From Patescibacteria group bacterium (GTDB lineage: Bacteria > Patescibacteriota > Microgenomatia > UBA1406): a stretch of 64,000 bases of DNA. The first letter of the stretch is position 1. Each line of letters begins with the position of its first letter. Under the pieces are notes generated by a model. That model was not told the origin of the DNA, did not search any database, and saw nothing but the letters and a program-made list of their open reading frames with translations. The stretch spans positions 229,629 through 293,628 of the forward strand of contig JBAYJK010000001.1 in assembly GCA_041665145.1 (NCBI GenBank), read 5' to 3'. A program made the position numbers and the translations under genes. Positions 62,511 to 64,000 of this stretch are shown piece after piece.

Positions 62511-64000
62511 TTCGTGTGTGGAAATAATAGGCAGATACAACTCCTCAAAATATTTTCTCAGCATTTTTGTGGCACCGAATTGGTTAATCGCCATTTCACG
62601 GGCGTTGTACATCATTTCTACCCATTTTCCCGGAATTTGATTCGCATCTTTGTTGTAATACAGCGGGATAATTTTCTGCTCTAATACGGAAATAACATCT
62701 TCAGATACATGGGTATCCTGCAGTAACCAGCCAACTTTATAGAGTTCAGCTTCCGCGACCCACCCATCGCCGGTAGAACAGGGCAAAACACCGTTTAGGG
62801 CCGCTTTCATACCGCTCGTGCCACATGCCTCAAACCCGACAATAGGTGTATTCAGCCACACGTCGCATCCGGAGGTAAGAAGTTTTGAATTCTCCATTCG
62901 ATAATCAGGCAAATAGATAACTATGTCTTTCAAATCGGAGGTGACAATTTCCTGTATCTTTTCAAGGATTGTCAAACCTTCAGCGTCGCTTGCGTGCGAA
63001 AGGCCCGAAATAACTACCCGTAAGGGTCTTTCTTGAGATGTGGCCAAATTCTTGAATCGCAGAAGATTTTTAAAAAGCGCAAGTGGCCGTTTGTACTCGA
63101 CGATGCGCCGACCCCAGCCCAACAGGAGTGTGTTTTCATCCCATTGTGTCCCGGTCACATTACGTATATTTGTTAGTAAAAGCCGTTTGTTTTTCTGATG
63201 ATTTTCCCACAGGTCACCCGATTCCGACTTATCCCATGTCTTAATGTGTATTCCGTTGGTAATGGGAGTCATGGGATACTCTTCCCATATTTCTTTTGCT
63301 TTTTCTGCATGCAGTTTGCTGACTGCCGTAATTTTTCCGGACAAGCGGAGTGCTAAATGAGTCATTGAAAAAATATCTGACTTTGCAATGACACCGAGAT
63401 TTATTATATCGGTAACAGGAACCTGCAACTCTTTGGCAAAACCGGATAAAAGTGACGACACCAAATCAACCGAATATACGTCATTGCCACCGGGAATAAG
63501 CGTATGATTTGTGAAAATTATATGCTGTTTGATAGCGGCTAATTCTGTAGCAAACATACTCGAGTTTTTTTTCATTTCATACCGCGCAATTTCTAAAGCA
63601 AGGAGAGCAGAATGTCCCTCGTTCAGATGGTACGCTATTGGCGTAATATGCAGGGCCTCAAGAAAACGCAGACCTCCCAATCCGAGGACAATTTCCTGTT
63701 TGAAGCGAGTTTCTTTACTGGATGCATACAGATAATCGGTGATATGTCTGTCCTCTTCGGTATTCTGCTCCAGATTCGTATCAAGTAAATATGATTTGAC
63801 ACCCTCTATTTGTAAAGTCCATGCCTGTACGTAAACGGACGCGCTCTGAACTGGCACGGTAATAATTACCCGCTTGTTGTCAGCATCGACAACCGGTGAG
63901 AGACCTATGGTTGTCGGATCTGTTCGCTGAGCCCCCTTCATCAAAATTCCGTTGGAATAAAGATCATGATGCAGATAACCTTCATGATAGTATAAGCCGA
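62496..64000 (-). CDS. glgP: Alpha-glucan (glycogen/maltodextrin) phosphorylase, GT35; 5' end beyond window
   Basis: NEGHSALLALE, TNHTLIPGGND and EACGTSGMKAALNGV (PLP-lysine region). The frame stays open to position 64000 (..GLYYHEGYLHHDLYSNGIL upstream of the track start). Confidence 0.85.
   Translation of the reverse strand, partial: GLYYHEGYLHHDLYSNGILMKGAQRTDPTTIGLSPVVDADNKRVIITVPVQSASVYVQAWTLQIEGVKSYLLDTNLEQNTEEDRHITDYLYASSKETRFKQEIVLGLGGLRFLEALHITPIAYHLNEGHSALLALEIARYEMKKNSSMFATELAAIKQHIIFTNHTLIPGGNDVYSVDLVSSLLSGFAKELQVPVTDIINLGVIAKSDIFSMTHLALRLSGKITAVSKLHAEKAKEIWEEYPMTPITNGIHIKTWDKSESGDLWENHQKNKRLLLTNIRNVTGTQWDENTLLLGWGRRIVEYKRPLALFKNLLRFKNLATSQERPLRVVISGLSHASDAEGLTILEKIQEIVTSDLKDIVIYLPDYRMENSKLLTSGCDVWLNTPIVGFEACGTSGMKAALNGVLPCSTGDGWVAEAELYKVGWLLQDTHVSEDVISVLEQKIIPLYYNKDANQIPGKWVEMMYNAREMAINQFGATKMLRKYFEELYLPIISTHESGLS

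Noticed and set aside
160-64000. Alternative genetic code (TGA recoded as in some CPR lineages)
   Set aside because: TGA terminates conserved genes at the expected positions (rpoB at 161-163 and several ATGA-coupled operon junctions). No conserved gene needs read-through of TGA.

Overview
This is a gene-dense bacterial chromosome segment using the standard code (TGA acts as a stop, e.g. at rpoB 161-163). All calls come from reading the ORF translations and the DNA by eye. No searches were run, so family assignments are motif- and memory-based.

Small tightly packed genes, frequent ATGA start/stop overlaps, many NUDIX and glycosyltransferase genes and secreted proteins with Thr/Pro-rich linkers suggest a Patescibacteria/CPR-like organism. 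That placement is inference only.

Layout:
- 1-7.0 kb: conserved block of rpoB (3' end), rpoC, rpsL, rpsG and fusA.
- 7-15.5 kb: housekeeping and miscellaneous genes (DUF192, FemAB-like, NUDIX, MscS-like, Fic, MFS, VOC, methyltransferase, UvrD/PcrA helicase, tpiA).
- 16-23.2 kb: cell-envelope glycosylation locus (GT2, O-antigen-ligase-like, GT39-like, three GT4).
- 23.2-36.1 kb: NUDIX, dus, methyltransferase and hydrolase genes, cca, recJ, a pyrH-like/methyltransferase fusion, recF and an ABC-2/GldG-like transporter.
- 36.2-39.8 kb, minus strand: rpoD, dnaG and nth.
- 39.9-42.0 kb: a secreted Thr/Pro-repeat protein that carries both an internal LPKTG motif and a C-terminal sortase domain.
- 42.1-42.6 kb: a GIY-YIG gene wedged between an orphaned copy of the tRNA 5' end and an intact tRNA-Ser(CGA).
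- 42.6-57.6 kb: an accessory, apparently integrative island. It holds a large serine recombinase, an XRE regulator, two orphan DNA methyltransferases (one fused to a ParB-like domain) and a LexA-type repressor.
- Within that island, the standout is a four-gene type III CBASS-like operon: CD-NTase-like, HORMA-like, TRIP13-like AAA+ and nuclease-SAVED-like. An unrecognised multi-zinc-ribbon protein coupled to a PIN nuclease follows it directly.
- 57.6-64 kb: three secreted proteins with PT-rich linkers, a NUDIX gene, a GT2 gene and a partial alpha-glucan phosphorylase that runs off the window.

No rRNA and no CRISPR array were seen.
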